64,000 nucleotides of DNA from an uncultured delta proteobacterium (GTDB lineage: Bacteria; Desulfobacterota; Binatia; UBA9968). Location: NCBI GenBank assembly GCA_963728565.1, contig CAVSLC010000001.1:1-64000 (forward strand), written 5' to 3'. The position numbers were made by a program, and so were the translations under genes. Under the pieces are notes generated by a model. It worked only from the letters and a program-made list of their open reading frames with translations, was not told where the DNA came from and made no database searches. Position 1 is the first letter of the stretch. Every line of letters starts with the position of its first letter. This document shows, one piece after another, positions 52,498 to 63,333 of the stretch.

Positions 52498-53496
52498 CTA
52501 CAAGGTTAGATCAGCGTCGGCATTAAGAGCGAAGTCGTCCCGGCGGCCTCGATTAATCCAATGATGTCCGGTGAGCGCGATCATCGCAGCATTATCGGTG
52601 CAAAATTTCGCGGAAGGAAAGTGAACTTGCAAATTCTTAGTCGCCGCGCTCTGCTTGATCTTTTCGCGTAACCGGCTATTCGCCGCCACGCCGCCTGCCA
52701 GCACGATGCGGTTGACCTTGTGGGCAATGGCCGCGTTAACCGTCGGATTGATCAGCATATCGACCACTGCTTCCTGAAAGCTTGCCGCGATGTCCGGTAC
52801 GCGTGCCTTCCAAGCATGCTGATCTTGCGATTTAAGATACTGCAACACAGACGTTTTGATGCCGCTAAAGCTGAAATCGTATGGGCTTTTTTTCAATCGT
52901 GCGCGTGGAAACCTGATCGCCTCACGGTCGCCGGTCTTGGCCAGATGGTCGATCACCCGCCCTCCCGGATAGCCCAGTCCCATCATTTTTGCCACCTTGT
53001 CGTAAGCCTCGCCCGCAGCGTCATCACGGGTACCGCCTAAATAGAGGTACTCGCCGACGTCCTGTACACAGTACAGTAGCGTATGCCCGCCGGAAGCAAG
53101 CAGAGCCACGTAAGGGAACGAAACTTCATGCTCCAGGTGAATCGCCAGCAGGTGTGCTTCAAGATGATTCACTCCGACATAAGGCATGCCCCAGCGAAAT
53201 GCCATGCCTTTGGCCACCGACAAACCGACGAGAAGTGAGCCGACGAGTCCGGGGCCACGGGTCACCGCGATACCGCTTAGATCTCTGACGCTAACACCGG
53301 CTTTGCCGAGCGCGCCATCAACGATGGGCAAGATATTGCGGAGGTGTTGGCGTGAGGCAAGCTCAGGCACCACCCCGCCATAGGCGCCATGTATTTGGTC
53401 CTGTGACGAAACCACGTTGGCTAGGATCGTTCTGCCATCGAGCAGCACCGCGGCTGCCGTGTCATCGCAGGAAGTCTCAATACCGAGAACTAGCAT
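52498..53496 (-). CDS. tsaD: tRNA t6A threonylcarbamoyltransferase
   Basis: GIETSCDDT; HLEAH; SGGHT; DDAAGE; TDNAAMI. Confidence 0.97.
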   Translation of the reverse strand: MLVLGIETSCDDTAAAVLLDGRTILANVVSSQDQIHGAYGGVVPELASRQHLRNILPIVDGALGKAGVSVRDLSGIAVTRGPGLVGSLLVGLSVAKGMAFRWGMPYVGVNHLEAHLLAIHLEHEVSFPYVALLASGGHTLLYCVQDVGEYLYLGGTRDDAAGEAYDKVAKMMGLGYPGGRVIDHLAKTGDREAIRFPRARLKKSPYDFSFSGIKTSVLQYLKSQDQHAWKARVPDIAASFQEAVVDMLINPTVNAAIAHKVNRIVLAGGVAANSRLREKIKQSAATKNLQVHFPSAKFCTDNAAMIALTGHHWINRGRRDDFALNADADLTL

Positions 53497-53510
53497 TGAA
53501 GATATCAGTG

Positions 53511-54305
53511 TCACCGCTGAGCGGGCTGGGTTTGCGACTGTTTGGCGGATAAAGCTTCCGCGGCGGTGCGATTGTCGGGATTGATCGCCAGAGCCTTGGC
53601 ATAACTCTCTTCAGCGCGCTCAGCCATGCCGAGGGCGCGATAGTTTTCGCCTTCGAGCGCATAGACCTCCGATAACCAAAACGGCTCGCCGCCGAGACGG
53701 GACTCGGCAACTTCAAGAAAGTTAAGGGAGTCTTTGTAGCGCCTGAGACCAAATTGGGTTTTCGCCAATAAAAAGTGGCCATAGGCGTTGGTAGAATCAA
53801 GCGCGATGGCGCGCTCCAAGCGACTCAGTGCCTTGGCGTACTCGCCGCTGTCTATCAGCTTTCGTGCTTCTTCGGACAAGCGCAGAGATGCGGCTCGCTG
53901 AGGTGGTGTTCCGGGGATGATCTTGGCTAACAGTGAGCTGTCGTCAGCCACAGGCGGTTTTGCCGGCGCAAGAGTTTCCGGGAGCCCAACCGGCGGCGGG
54001 GTCTCCTTTGAAGTCGTTATAGAAGGCTGCACCTTTTCAGTTGTCTTGAGATCTTGCTCGCGAATTTTTGGGTCGGGGGGTATGGACCGACTGCTGGGCT
54101 CGGCGTCCGGCGAAGAAGTCGACGGACTCGGCATTGGCGCTGGAATCGGCTGAGGCTTAGCCCCGACACTTGGGACAGGTTTACGATAAGGCCGTTGCGG
54201 CGCACAGCTTTGGACAGTCAAGATGAACAGCCCAACGGCAATCGCGCTTGCCAAGCCCGGTCGCCATCTTTCGGACTGATTCGATTTATTTGGGCCGAGC
54301 ATCAT
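53511..54305 (-). CDS. TPR lipoprotein with Pro-rich linker (LpoP-like)
   Basis: Lipobox-like VQSC; PST-rich disordered linker; C-terminal TPRs; overlaps the PBP1B stop. Confidence 0.65.
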   Translation of the reverse strand: MMLGPNKSNQSERWRPGLASAIAVGLFILTVQSCAPQRPYRKPVPSVGAKPQPIPAPMPSPSTSSPDAEPSSRSIPPDPKIREQDLKTTEKVQPSITTSKETPPPVGLPETLAPAKPPVADDSSLLAKIIPGTPPQRAASLRLSEEARKLIDSGEYAKALSRLERAIALDSTNAYGHFLLAKTQFGLRRYKDSLNFLEVAESRLGGEPFWLSEVYALEGENYRALGMAERAEESYAKALAINPDNRTAAEALSAKQSQTQPAQR

Positions 54306-56617
54306 TCAAACCTGGGAGCTTGCACCTGCTCTCCCGGATGCAACGCACAGGTGAGCGTCGGTTCGTTTCCCTCGGCAAAAGCTTCACGGATCACAGAGGT
54401 ACAGCTTGGCGTAGCCAGTTGCCCGCTGATCGGATCGACGTCGATAAACTTGATCCCCGGAGGCGGCACAAAATCCGTCACAGGGGTTCCGGCTGTCGCA
54501 CGCATCATAAAATCGGTCCAGATTGGCAGCGCAGCCTGAGAACCGGAGAGACCGAGTTTACTCTGGTTGTCGAATCCCACCCAAACCACGGTTAATAGAT
54601 CAGGAGTGTAACCAACGAACCATGCATCTTTATAATCGTTGGTCGTTCCGGTTTTGCCGGCGGCCGGCCGCGTAAATCCGGCGCGCCGCGCGCTGTCCGC
54701 CGTACCTCGATCGAGGACGCCTTTGAGAAGATGATTTATCAAAAACGCCATCTGCGCCGAGACGACCTTTTCAACCCGGACGTCGCGTTTCTCCAGCACG
54801 CGCGCCTCAGGGTCAAGCACCTGCTTGACGGTTAATGGCCGCGTGCGAACGCCATTGTTGGCTAGAGTCGAGAAAGCCACCGCCACTTCGAGCGGCGTCA
54901 CTTCCGCTGCACCCAATGATAGTGACGGCACTGCCGGCAACGAGCTCTGAATACCTAGACGCTGCGCCAGATCGCGAACGCGCCGGATACCCACCTCGCG
55001 CGCGATCCGGGCGGTTGCCGAGTTGAGAGACTTTTCCAGGGCGCGCCGGAGTGTAACAGTACCGAAGAACTCGTCGTTGTAATTACCAGGCTTCCACTCC
55101 TGCCGATCGTATTCCCAGGTGAATGGCGAGTCATCCACCTTGGTCATCGCGGTAAACTTTCTACCGTTGTCGGCTCCATACATCAAAGCGGCCAGGTAGA
55201 CGAACGGCTTGAAGATCGAGCCCGGCTGGCGCTTGGCCTGAAAAACGCGATTAAATTGAGACTTCTGATAGTTGCGACCACCGGCCATTGCCTTGATCTC
55301 TCCGGTTTGCGGTCGGATCACTACCACCGCTCCTTCGAGGCTGTCCTCTTCGCCTCGGCGGCGCAACGCGGGATATTTTGCCTCCAAGCGTCTCAGGCCT
55401 TCCGACAGCGATCGTTCGGCGAGCTTTTGCAGATGCAAATCGAGGCTGGTAAAGATGCGCAATCCCTCTGTGGTCAGTACATCATTGGAATAATTTTCGG
55501 CTAACTCGCGTCGTAGAAAATCCACGTAATACGGAGCATCATTGGTGACTTTGATCAGCTGCCGGTGCGGCAAGGTTTCGCGCACCGAGGCATCATACTG
55601 CTGGGGTGAAATGATTTTGTCGTCGAGCAACTTCGCCAAAACCACGTTGCGTCGCTTAGTCGCCGCTTCCACGCTGCGATACGGAGAGTAGTTATTGGGT
55701 CCGCGGATTAGTCCAGCGAGCAGCGCGATTTCACCAGTGCTCAACTCGGTCAGGGGTTTGGAGAAATAAAACTGGGAAGCTTCCCAGATGCCGTAAATTC
55801 CCTGGGAGCCCTTCTGGCCGAGATAAATCTCATTGAGGTAGTTCTCGAGGATTTCGTTCTTGGAGTAGTTTCGCTCAACGATGAGCGCCATAAAAGCCTC
55901 TTTCACTTTGCGCGATATAGTGCGCTCGCTGCCGAGAAAAAAATTCTTCACCAGTTGCTGCGTCAAAGTGCTGCCGCCTTGGACTACTGCGCCGCTGCGG
56001 AAATTGACCCAGCTTGCGCGCATCAGCGCGACCGGATCCACTCCGAAGTGCCGGTAAAAACGTTCATCTTCGATGGCCAAAATGGCCCGGACCAGTAGCG
56101 GCGGCACTTCCGGCAACTTAACCAACCGTCGCTCTTGCCAGACCGTTTCATAGAGCCCGGTCACCAACTCGGGTTCGAGCTCGAGTGAAAATAGTTCTTC
56201 CCCGCTGTCACCATTTTGCAGTTTGCCAACTGTGTTTCCTTGCAGGGAAATTCGAATCGGAACGCCTTTGAATGTCTCCGTTGGATAACTAAAATCGTGC
56301 AGATAAACGTCCAGAAGGCCGGACGATCGTTGAAAACGATACTCGCCCTTGCCGTCTGGCGCAGCTTTCGTTTCGTGATAGCCGAGGCGTCGCAATTTTT
56401 CGAGGATATCTTCCGTGCGAAGGCTCATGCCGGCATAGAGCAGGTATGAGTCGGAATAGATTTTCGAGGGAAAACGCCATTTCTGACCATCGAACTTGGC
56501 AGTAACGGTATCTTCCAGAGTCCTGAGATACCAGCTGCCAATGACGATGCCGCTCGATGTGATGAGAAGAAGAACGATTAGGGAAATGCTAAAGAAGCGA
56601 AGATTGGATTTCTTCAA
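54302..56617 (-). CDS. mrcB: Class A penicillin-binding protein 1B with UB2H domain
   Basis: EDERF..HFG, GGSTLTQQ, SIFK, SLN, KTG; UB2H-like segment after the TM helix. Confidence 0.9.
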   Translation of the reverse strand: MKKSNLRFFSISLIVLLLITSSGIVIGSWYLRTLEDTVTAKFDGQKWRFPSKIYSDSYLLYAGMSLRTEDILEKLRRLGYHETKAAPDGKGEYRFQRSSGLLDVYLHDFSYPTETFKGVPIRISLQGNTVGKLQNGDSGEELFSLELEPELVTGLYETVWQERRLVKLPEVPPLLVRAILAIEDERFYRHFGVDPVALMRASWVNFRSGAVVQGGSTLTQQLVKNFFLGSERTISRKVKEAFMALIVERNYSKNEILENYLNEIYLGQKGSQGIYGIWEASQFYFSKPLTELSTGEIALLAGLIRGPNNYSPYRSVEAATKRRNVVLAKLLDDKIISPQQYDASVRETLPHRQLIKVTNDAPYYVDFLRRELAENYSNDVLTTEGLRIFTSLDLHLQKLAERSLSEGLRRLEAKYPALRRRGEEDSLEGAVVVIRPQTGEIKAMAGGRNYQKSQFNRVFQAKRQPGSIFKPFVYLAALMYGADNGRKFTAMTKVDDSPFTWEYDRQEWKPGNYNDEFFGTVTLRRALEKSLNSATARIAREVGIRRVRDLAQRLGIQSSLPAVPSLSLGAAEVTPLEVAVAFSTLANNGVRTRPLTVKQVLDPEARVLEKRDVRVEKVVSAQMAFLINHLLKGVLDRGTADSARRAGFTRPAAGKTGTTNDYKDAWFVGYTPDLLTVVWVGFDNQSKLGLSGSQAALPIWTDFMMRATAGTPVTDFVPPPGIKFIDVDPISGQLATPSCTSVIREAFAEGNEPTLTCALHPGEQVQAPRFE

Positions 56618-56670
56618 ACGATAGACTCCGGAGACAGTTAATATTCACTCAGATCCGGGCAAAAATCAAC

Positions 56671-56709
56671 AAAAAGAGGGCGGGATGGCATTCCCATCCG
56701 ACCCTCTTT
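56671..56709 (-). terminator. Rho-independent terminator after degP
   Basis: AAAGAGGGTCGGATGG...CCATCCCGCCCTCTTTTT on the minus strand. Confidence 0.75.
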
Positions 56710-56735
56710 AGTTTTGTCAGAATCTTTTTGAAGAC

Positions 56736-58238
56736 TCAGCCCTGCGGCCTTAATGCAAGAAACAGCGTGCTCTCGCCGCGTCGCACCAAAAACAGCACTC
56801 CTTTGCCTTTACGAACGGTCGCAATAGACTTTTTGTATTCGTCCAGGTTACGAATCGGCTTGCGATCGATCTCGACGATGACATCGCCGCGCCGAATCCC
56901 AGCTTCGTCGGCAGCGCTACCCGGTTCAACTGCTGAGACAACGATGCCCTCAGCTTTCTCCAAACCTAGGCTTTCGGCGATCTGCGGCGTCAGTCTTTGA
57001 ACAGTCAGGCCCATTTCCCCCTTTTCCGGAGCGGAGGCCACGACTTCTTCGTCCTTGAGCTCGCCGACGGCTACGTTCAACGTAAGCTCCTTCTTATCGC
57101 GCAGAACCTTCATCCTGACCTTTTTGTCGATTGGTGTGCGTGCCACTATGATCGGAAGCTCGCCTGAGTCTTTGATCTCTTTGCCGTCGAACTCAACAAT
57201 AACGTCACCTACCTTGACTCCGGACTTGTCCGCGGGTCCATCTTTGGAGACGTTGGCCACGAGTGCTCCTTGGCTCTTCTCCATCCCCAAGCTTTCCGCC
57301 AGTTCCGGCGTGACTTTCTGAATCAACACACCCAGGTATCCACGAGTCACTTTTCCTTTGCCGCGAAGCTGCGGCAGAAGTTCCTTCACCAAATTGACGG
57401 GTATCGCGAATCCAATACCGATATTTCCGCCAGTGCGGCTGAAGATAGCGGTGTTGATCCCGATCACCTCGCCGCGCAAATTGATCAGCGGCCCGCCGGA
57501 ATTTCCTGGATTGATGGAGGCATCGGTCTGAATGAAGTTGTCATAGGGTCCCTGACCGATATGCCGACCTTTGGCGCTGACGATACCCGATGTTACCGTG
57601 CTATCCAGGCCAAAAGGATTGCCAATTGCCATCACCCACTCTCCGACCTCAAGACCGTCAGAGTCGCCGAAGTTGGCTGGGGTAAGTTTTGTTTTCGCCT
57701 CGATCTTGATTACCGCAATGTCCGTCTTCGGATCACGGCCGATCACTTTGGCTTCGTACTCTTGTTCGTCGGCCAATTTAACGACGATCTTCTGAGCGTT
57801 TTCGACGACGTGATTATTGGTAAGAATAGAACCATCGCCATCGATGATGAATCCGGATCCTAGGCTTCGCTGGCGCTGCGGGCCGCGGGGCATTGGACCG
57901 CCAAAAAATCGTCGCCAGAAGTCGTTGAACGGATCTTCCTCGCCGAAGGGGCTGCCGAACTCCTGCGGAGCCTGTTGACCGCGCGATTCGCTCACCTGAG
58001 TTGAGGATATGTTAACGACCACGGGTCGCAATTTTTTCGAAAGGGCGACAAAATCAGGTAACTGATTGGCGATTCTAATGTCGGAGCTTGCGCCTTCTCC
58101 CATGTTGACGGCTCGGCTTGGCGCAAGCCAATCGAAGCTGCCGCTGATGGCGAGGCCGAGCAGTAGCGAAGCAATTGCAACAACCGCAACGCCCTTGAAT
58201 GTGAAGCTCCCGCTCCAGACCCTCTTGATATCCATCAA
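56736..58238 (-). CDS. degP: DegP/DegQ (Do family) serine protease with two PDZ domains
   Basis: TNNHV; DIA; GNSGGP; two PDZ domains. Confidence 0.93.
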   Translation of the reverse strand: MMDIKRVWSGSFTFKGVAVVAIASLLLGLAISGSFDWLAPSRAVNMGEGASSDIRIANQLPDFVALSKKLRPVVVNISSTQVSESRGQQAPQEFGSPFGEEDPFNDFWRRFFGGPMPRGPQRQRSLGSGFIIDGDGSILTNNHVVENAQKIVVKLADEQEYEAKVIGRDPKTDIAVIKIEAKTKLTPANFGDSDGLEVGEWVMAIGNPFGLDSTVTSGIVSAKGRHIGQGPYDNFIQTDASINPGNSGGPLINLRGEVIGINTAIFSRTGGNIGIGFAIPVNLVKELLPQLRGKGKVTRGYLGVLIQKVTPELAESLGMEKSQGALVANVSKDGPADKSGVKVGDVIVEFDGKEIKDSGELPIIVARTPIDKKVRMKVLRDKKELTLNVAVGELKDEEVVASAPEKGEMGLTVQRLTPQIAESLGLEKAEGIVVSAVEPGSAADEAGIRRGDVIVEIDRKPIRNLDEYKKSIATVRKGKGVLFLVRRGESTLFLALRPQG

Positions 58239-58244
58239 CTGCTC

Positions 58245-58679
58245 CTACTTCTTCTTTACCGCCTCGACGTATTTCATTCGAAGGTCAAAGAGAATGTCTT
58301 CTATCAATCGATCTTCCCCGGAATTTAGATTACCCCTGGTTTTTTCGCGTAACATGCCGATGATATCGATCATCTGCTTCGCCACTAGCCGGTCCGGTTC
58401 TACCTTCCCGGTCAGCGGATTGGCAATCTCGCCGAGATGCATGAGCGCTTGTGTGCTAAGGCTGATAACAAAGGTTGAGAAATTGATCTCCGGCAATGGC
58501 CCTTGTTGCTCGTCGGCTTTGCCTGGCGACTGTGAATCCTCGGCGACTTTCGTTTCGACGCTATCGACAGCATCTGTAGACGACCCAGCGTCCTCCCGGC
58601 TGTCCCCGGTTTCAGAGAACCGCCGTCGATCTTGTACAGTGAACCCTTTGCCTTCTTTCTTTTCTTCCTCTCCGGCCAT
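58245..58679 (-). CDS. DUF1844 family protein
   Basis: FSTFVISL...ALMHLG...IDIIGMLREKTRGNL...LRMKY. Confidence 0.88.
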   Translation of the reverse strand: MAGEEEKKEGKGFTVQDRRRFSETGDSREDAGSSTDAVDSVETKVAEDSQSPGKADEQQGPLPEINFSTFVISLSTQALMHLGEIANPLTGKVEPDRLVAKQMIDIIGMLREKTRGNLNSGEDRLIEDILFDLRMKYVEAVKKK

Positions 58680-58699
58680 GGCTACCCTCTTCGAAAGAG

Positions 58700-58745
58700 A
58701 AAAAAAGCCTGGGAACTTTGTACCGCACGTAACGAGTTCCCAGGC
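58700..58745 (-). terminator. Terminator-like hairpin just upstream of DUF1844
   Basis: 11-bp stem GCCTGGGAACT/AGTTCCCAGGC followed by a 7-U run. Confidence 0.7.
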
Positions 58746-58821
58746 ACTCTCGTGTTAAGTGACCTGTATTTGATCATTCAAAGGGCGTTAAATAATCGCC
58801 TGAAGCGATCATCCAAGTGCT

Positions 58822-59879
58822 CTATCCTCCCATTAATTCAGGCGAAATCTCAGGAGGAACTCTAATCCCTGCCCCCTGGCTTGTCAAGGTAACGAGCGCT
58901 GGCCAGCGCTCAAGTTGTCGAATGACTTCTGCCGGTGTCAAAGCCGCTAAACAATCACGATGGCGGCAGCTTTTCATCGCCGAAACAGCGCATGGAGAGC
59001 ACGGCACCTGATGTCTGAGTACCAAGACAGTCTTTCCTCGTGGTGCCCACTTATTAACACTAGAAGGACCAAAAACAGCCGCTGTGGGAACTCCAAGAGC
59101 TGCAGCGATGTGAGAAATACCACTGTCATTGCCGACGTACAGACTACAGCGCGCAATCGTTGCCGCCAGACGCCCCAAGGTGCATGCCGCGTATCGTTAG
59201 CCCCTGATGACACAAAGATTCATAGCCTCCGCGCTCGTCTTCCACCGGTCCAAGAATCGTGATTACGCTGCCGCCAACCCGCTCTCGCCACCAGCGAGCG
59301 ATCGCCTCAAATGAGATCAACGGCCAGTTTTTTTCACGCGCGCCGCTTCCCGGAGCGATGGCGAGCACGGGTTTCGATTTGAGGGAATTTTCGGCCCAGT
59401 AAACTTCTGCCCAATGGTTAGCATCCGGCATCAGGGGAATGTGAGGCATACTCGGAACCAAATCGGCTTGAAGGCACGAGAGGTAATAATCCGCCTGGTG
59501 CATCTGCGAGTTCCTCGCATCGAATTGAAATATTCGGAGCCGCCCCTGAGTAGCCGTGTGAAGTTCCTGCTTATAGGTCAAATCTCCACTGCCCATCCAA
59601 GAATAAGTACAGCGGTAGGTTTCGAAAAAGCGCCGCACCTTGTCATCACTACCTCCGTCCCGAGACAAATAGCTGGCGAATTTCAAAGCGCTCCAGCGAT
59701 CCGACCTTTACGCGCGCCGGAACGAGCTCAGAAAATTCCGTCCGCGCTAGCAAATCGATCGACATTCGTTCAGCAAGAAATTGGAGAGTCGGTAAGAAGC
59801 AAACGAAGTCTCCTAACGCCCCGGGAAACAGAACTAGCGCTCGTCGATTGATCACTTCAAGAATGCGCTCCCTTTGCAT
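58822..59879 (-). CDS. GT9 LPS heptosyltransferase-like protein (frameshifted)
   Basis: PGALGDF; APGSG..EKNWP; GNDSGISHIAAALG.P...FGP. Confidence 0.85.
58859..58887 (-). promoter_or_regulatory. Candidate sigma70 promoter TTGACA-N17-TAGAGT
   Basis: Perfect -35 hexamer, 17-nt spacer, TAnnnT -10 element. Confidence 0.6.
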
Positions 59880-59964
59880 TTAATTGACTTTAATTTGGCA
59901 AGTATATAGCATACCGGCAAAATCTTTTCGAATTTCGTTCCCACTTAGGAAGTCGAGCACACCA

Positions 59965-60909
59965 TTGGCAACGTTAAACGGCGCTGGGTCCATCCTGGAT
60001 CTGATCGGCTCCACACCCGTCCTCAAACTGAAAAGCTTACCCGGCAAAGATGACGCCGAGGTTTGGGCAAAGTTGGAGGCGTTCAATCCGGGCGGGTCGG
60101 TGAAGGATCGCATCTGTTCTAACATGATAGAAACCGCGGAACGTGAAGGTAAGCTGAAACCGGGGTCAACGATCGTCGAGCCGACTAGCGGTAACACCGG
60201 TATCGGTCTAGCATTAGTTGCAGCCGTGAAGGGCTATCGTTTGGTTTTGACCATGCCAGATACCATGAGCGAAGAACGTCGCAGCTTGTTGGCCGCTTAT
60301 GGAGCACGTTTAATTCTTACTCCAGATACTAAAGGAATGGGCGGGGCTATTCACAAGGCCGAAGAACTCGTGCAAGAAAACAGTGACTACTTCATGCCCC
60401 AGCAATTCAACAACCCGGCCAATCCCGAAAGTCATCGCCGGACGACCGCGATGGAACTGCTAAAACAATTCAAACGGATTGATGCTTTTGTCGCCGGGGT
60501 CGGCACAGGGGGAACGATCACCGGAGTCGGTGAAGTACTGAAAGACCGTTTTAAAGGTGTGAAAGTTTGCGCCGTCGAGCCGGCGTCGTCGCCGGTGATT
60601 TCCGGCGGGGAGCCGGGTTATCATAAAATTCAGGGAATCGGCGCCGGTTTCATACCGGCGGTTCTGAATCGTCAAGTTATCGACGAGATTATTCCGGTCA
60701 GTGATACGGACGCGATCAATTTTACACGCCGTTTAGCGTCTGAAGAAGGTCTTCTGGTGGGCATTTCTTCAGGTGCGGCTTGTTGTGCCGCGCTCCGCGT
60801 CGCCAAGACATTGGGAAAAGGGCAGATTGTTGTTACCGTCTTTGCAGATAAAGGGGAACACTATCTGAGCACAGATTTATTCGGGGAGAAGCGGTGGACG
60901 CAAAATTAA
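59965..60909 (+). CDS. cysK: Cysteine synthase A (start approximate)
   Basis: NPGGSVKDR; EPTSGNTG; GTGGT; HKIQGIG. Confidence 0.95.
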   Translation: MATLNGAGSILDLIGSTPVLKLKSLPGKDDAEVWAKLEAFNPGGSVKDRICSNMIETAEREGKLKPGSTIVEPTSGNTGIGLALVAAVKGYRLVLTMPDTMSEERRSLLAAYGARLILTPDTKGMGGAIHKAEELVQENSDYFMPQQFNNPANPESHRRTTAMELLKQFKRIDAFVAGVGTGGTITGVGEVLKDRFKGVKVCAVEPASSPVISGGEPGYHKIQGIGAGFIPAVLNRQVIDEIIPVSDTDAINFTRRLASEEGLLVGISSGAACCAALRVAKTLGKGQIVVTVFADKGEHYLSTDLFGEKRWTQN

Positions 60910-61704
60910 ACTATCTAGAAGACTCTACTACGTAACACGAACGGCGCAATCGTAGCGTTTTCTGCCGGCGTCGACTCGACGTTTTTGCTGAAGATCGCCT
61001 ATTCTGTCCTAGGGGAGCGCGCCATCGCCTTGACCGCAGCATCGCCCACAGTGCCGCCGGGTGAATTCGAAGCTGCGAAGGAGTTTGCCAAAACGCTCAA
61101 CTGTCGCCACATCGTTATCGAGTCCAATGAATTGGCCAATCCTTCATTCGCCCAGAATCCTTCCAACCGGTGCTTCTTCTGCAAGGACGAGCTTTACCGA
61201 CTCTGTCGAGATCAGGCGGAAAAACTAAACATTCCGGTAATTGTCGACGGTACCAATCTCGACGATCTGAAGGACCATCGCCCCGGGTTGAAAGCGGCCA
61301 AAGATTGGGGCATCCGTCATCCATTGGTAGAAGCGGAGATGACTAAAGAGGATATTCGGCGCTATAGCCGAGCACTTGATCTGCCCACCTGGGACAAACC
61401 CTCGAGCCCTTGCCTTTCATCTCGTTTTCCATACGGCACCGAAATAAATCTCGAGCGACTGCGAAAAGTCGGCGCCTGCGAGGTCTACTTGAAGGAACTC
61501 CGCTTTCGCGAGTTCCGGGTGCGCTATCATGGAGACCTAGCGCGCATCGAGTTGGCTGCACACGAGATCGGCCGATTCTTTGATGAGGCAACGCGACAAG
61601 CCGTGGTAAAAAAATTTAAAGAGATCGGTTTCAACTATGTGAGCCTTGATTTACAAGGCTATCGCACGGGAAGTATGAACGAAACTCTGGCGAAAGCTAT
61701 TTAG
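60894..61704 (+). CDS. larE: LarE-family ATP-dependent sulfur transferase (frameshift near 60925)
   Basis: [10 protein letters not shown]-loop upstream of the ORF-track start; RCFFCK; DGTN.DD..DHRPG; PCLSSR; GYRTGSMN. Confidence 0.9.
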
Positions 61705-62458
61705 TCGACCTGCCGCTCGCAACTAGCGCCTCGGCGAAAAGCAAGTCTTCCGGCAACGTGATCTTGATATTAGTTCGTTCTCCGTCGATCAAATACACCG
61801 GTTTTCCCAAACGCTCCACTAGGCTAGCATCGTCAGTTGCGTCTTGATCGTTCGCAGCTTGATGCGCTTCAAGGATTAAGCTTCGTTCGAACGCCTGTGG
61901 CGTTTGAATTTCCCATAAGCAATCGCGGGGTGGAGTCGAGAGTATTCGCCGATCTCCAGAAATCACTTTGATGGTATCCCGCACCGGCACACCCACCACA
62001 ACTGCCTTTCGCGTCGGCACCTCATCGATAACACGGTCGATCAGCTCGGCAGAGACAAACGGCCGTGCTCCATCATGGATAACCACCACGTCGCATTCAG
62101 AAGAAACTTTTTTCAGCCCGCGTTTGACAGATTCTTGCCGGCTCGATCCGCCGGTCTGTAGGATCCATGATTTCTTGCGCGCCTGTGGGTCACTGCCTAG
62201 CAAGGATCGACAGCGGTCCAAATCCCGTTCGGCAATCACAACGATCAGATTGTTGACTCTCTTGGCGTGGAAAAATTGGTCCAACGTCCGAAGCAAAAGA
62301 GCTCGGCCGCCAATCGGAAGGTATACTTTGCTTATGCCGGCTCCTACCCGGCGTCCTTCTCCTGCCGCAACTATAATTGCTGTTGCATTCACCGTGATCC
62401 AGCGAAAAACAAAAGAGCCGAGAGGTTGACTCTCGGCTCTTTGTTTTGCACCATCCAA
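61697..62458 (-). CDS. ispD: 2-C-methyl-D-erythritol 4-phosphate cytidylyltransferase
   Basis: AAGEGRR; RQESV; HDGARP; QTPQ; TDD; NIKIT. Confidence 0.95.
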   Translation of the reverse strand: MDGAKQRAESQPLGSFVFRWITVNATAIIVAAGEGRRVGAGISKVYLPIGGRALLLRTLDQFFHAKRVNNLIVVIAERDLDRCRSLLGSDPQARKKSWILQTGGSSRQESVKRGLKKVSSECDVVVIHDGARPFVSAELIDRVIDEVPTRKAVVVGVPVRDTIKVISGDRRILSTPPRDCLWEIQTPQAFERSLILEAHQAANDQDATDDASLVERLGKPVYLIDGERTNIKITLPEDLLFAEALVASGRSTK

Positions 62459-62467
62459 CTCCCGGTT

Positions 62468-62950
62468 TCAGTGAGTGAAGATATGGCGCAACTCTTCAAG
62501 AATTTTTTCCTCGGAATGAGAGCGCGCGATTGAAAGTTCTTTCACCAGAAGATTACGCGCCGTATCCAACATCTTTCTTTCCCCAAAAGATAATTCTTTA
62601 TCGCCCTTAAGCACAAAGAGGTCCCGCAATACCTTAGCTATCTCGAGAATCGAACCCGTTTTGATCTTTTCCGTGTATTCACGATAACGCCGATTCCATG
62701 TTTGTTGATCCGTTTCGACTTTTTTCTGGCGCAATACTTTGTAGACCTTCGAAACCATGGCGCGATCGATAACCTTTCGTAATCCCACGGAATCTACATT
62801 TTCGATGGGGATCATAATCTTCATGTCGGTTTCCAATATTCGAAGCATGTAGAATTTCCTTTCACTTCCGGAAATAACATGGATTCGAATGGCCTCGATC
62901 TCTCCCACTCCATGAGCGGGATAAACTACTTTTTCGCCAACCTTAAACAT
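62468..62950 (-). CDS. carD: CarD/CdnL RNA polymerase-binding regulator
   Basis: FKVGEKVVYPAHGVG; WNRRY; LSFGERKM; upstream of ispD. Confidence 0.93.
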   Translation of the reverse strand: MFKVGEKVVYPAHGVGEIEAIRIHVISGSERKFYMLRILETDMKIMIPIENVDSVGLRKVIDRAMVSKVYKVLRQKKVETDQQTWNRRYREYTEKIKTGSILEIAKVLRDLFVLKGDKELSFGERKMLDTARNLLVKELSIARSHSEEKILEELRHIFTH

Positions 62951-63333
62951 AGTGACCTCCTCGTGAACGATAGCGTATAGGGCATCTCTTCGAGCTTAGG
63001 CGGATTTGTAGAAGGAACGGGGACGAGAGGTGAAGTTGAGAGGATTAAAGAGTTGAAGCGGATTTGATTGCAGAAACAGCTAGGATGGGATCGGCGGCTG
63101 CTTCTTATTAACATTCGATATACCGTTTCATATCTTCAGATCCTTCAAATAGAATTGGCGGTCATGCTTTCGACCGCCAATTTACCGGCACACCTTACTT
63201 ATACAACAGAGCTCACAGCAGCGTCAAGAGAGCTCCATTATTTCCTAAAATGCCAAAAAAATCCGTATCTTACGCCCAAATGTTAGGATCCGGGGAGTTA
63301 AATAGCCGTGCCACGAAACCACGCTTCAGAGGC

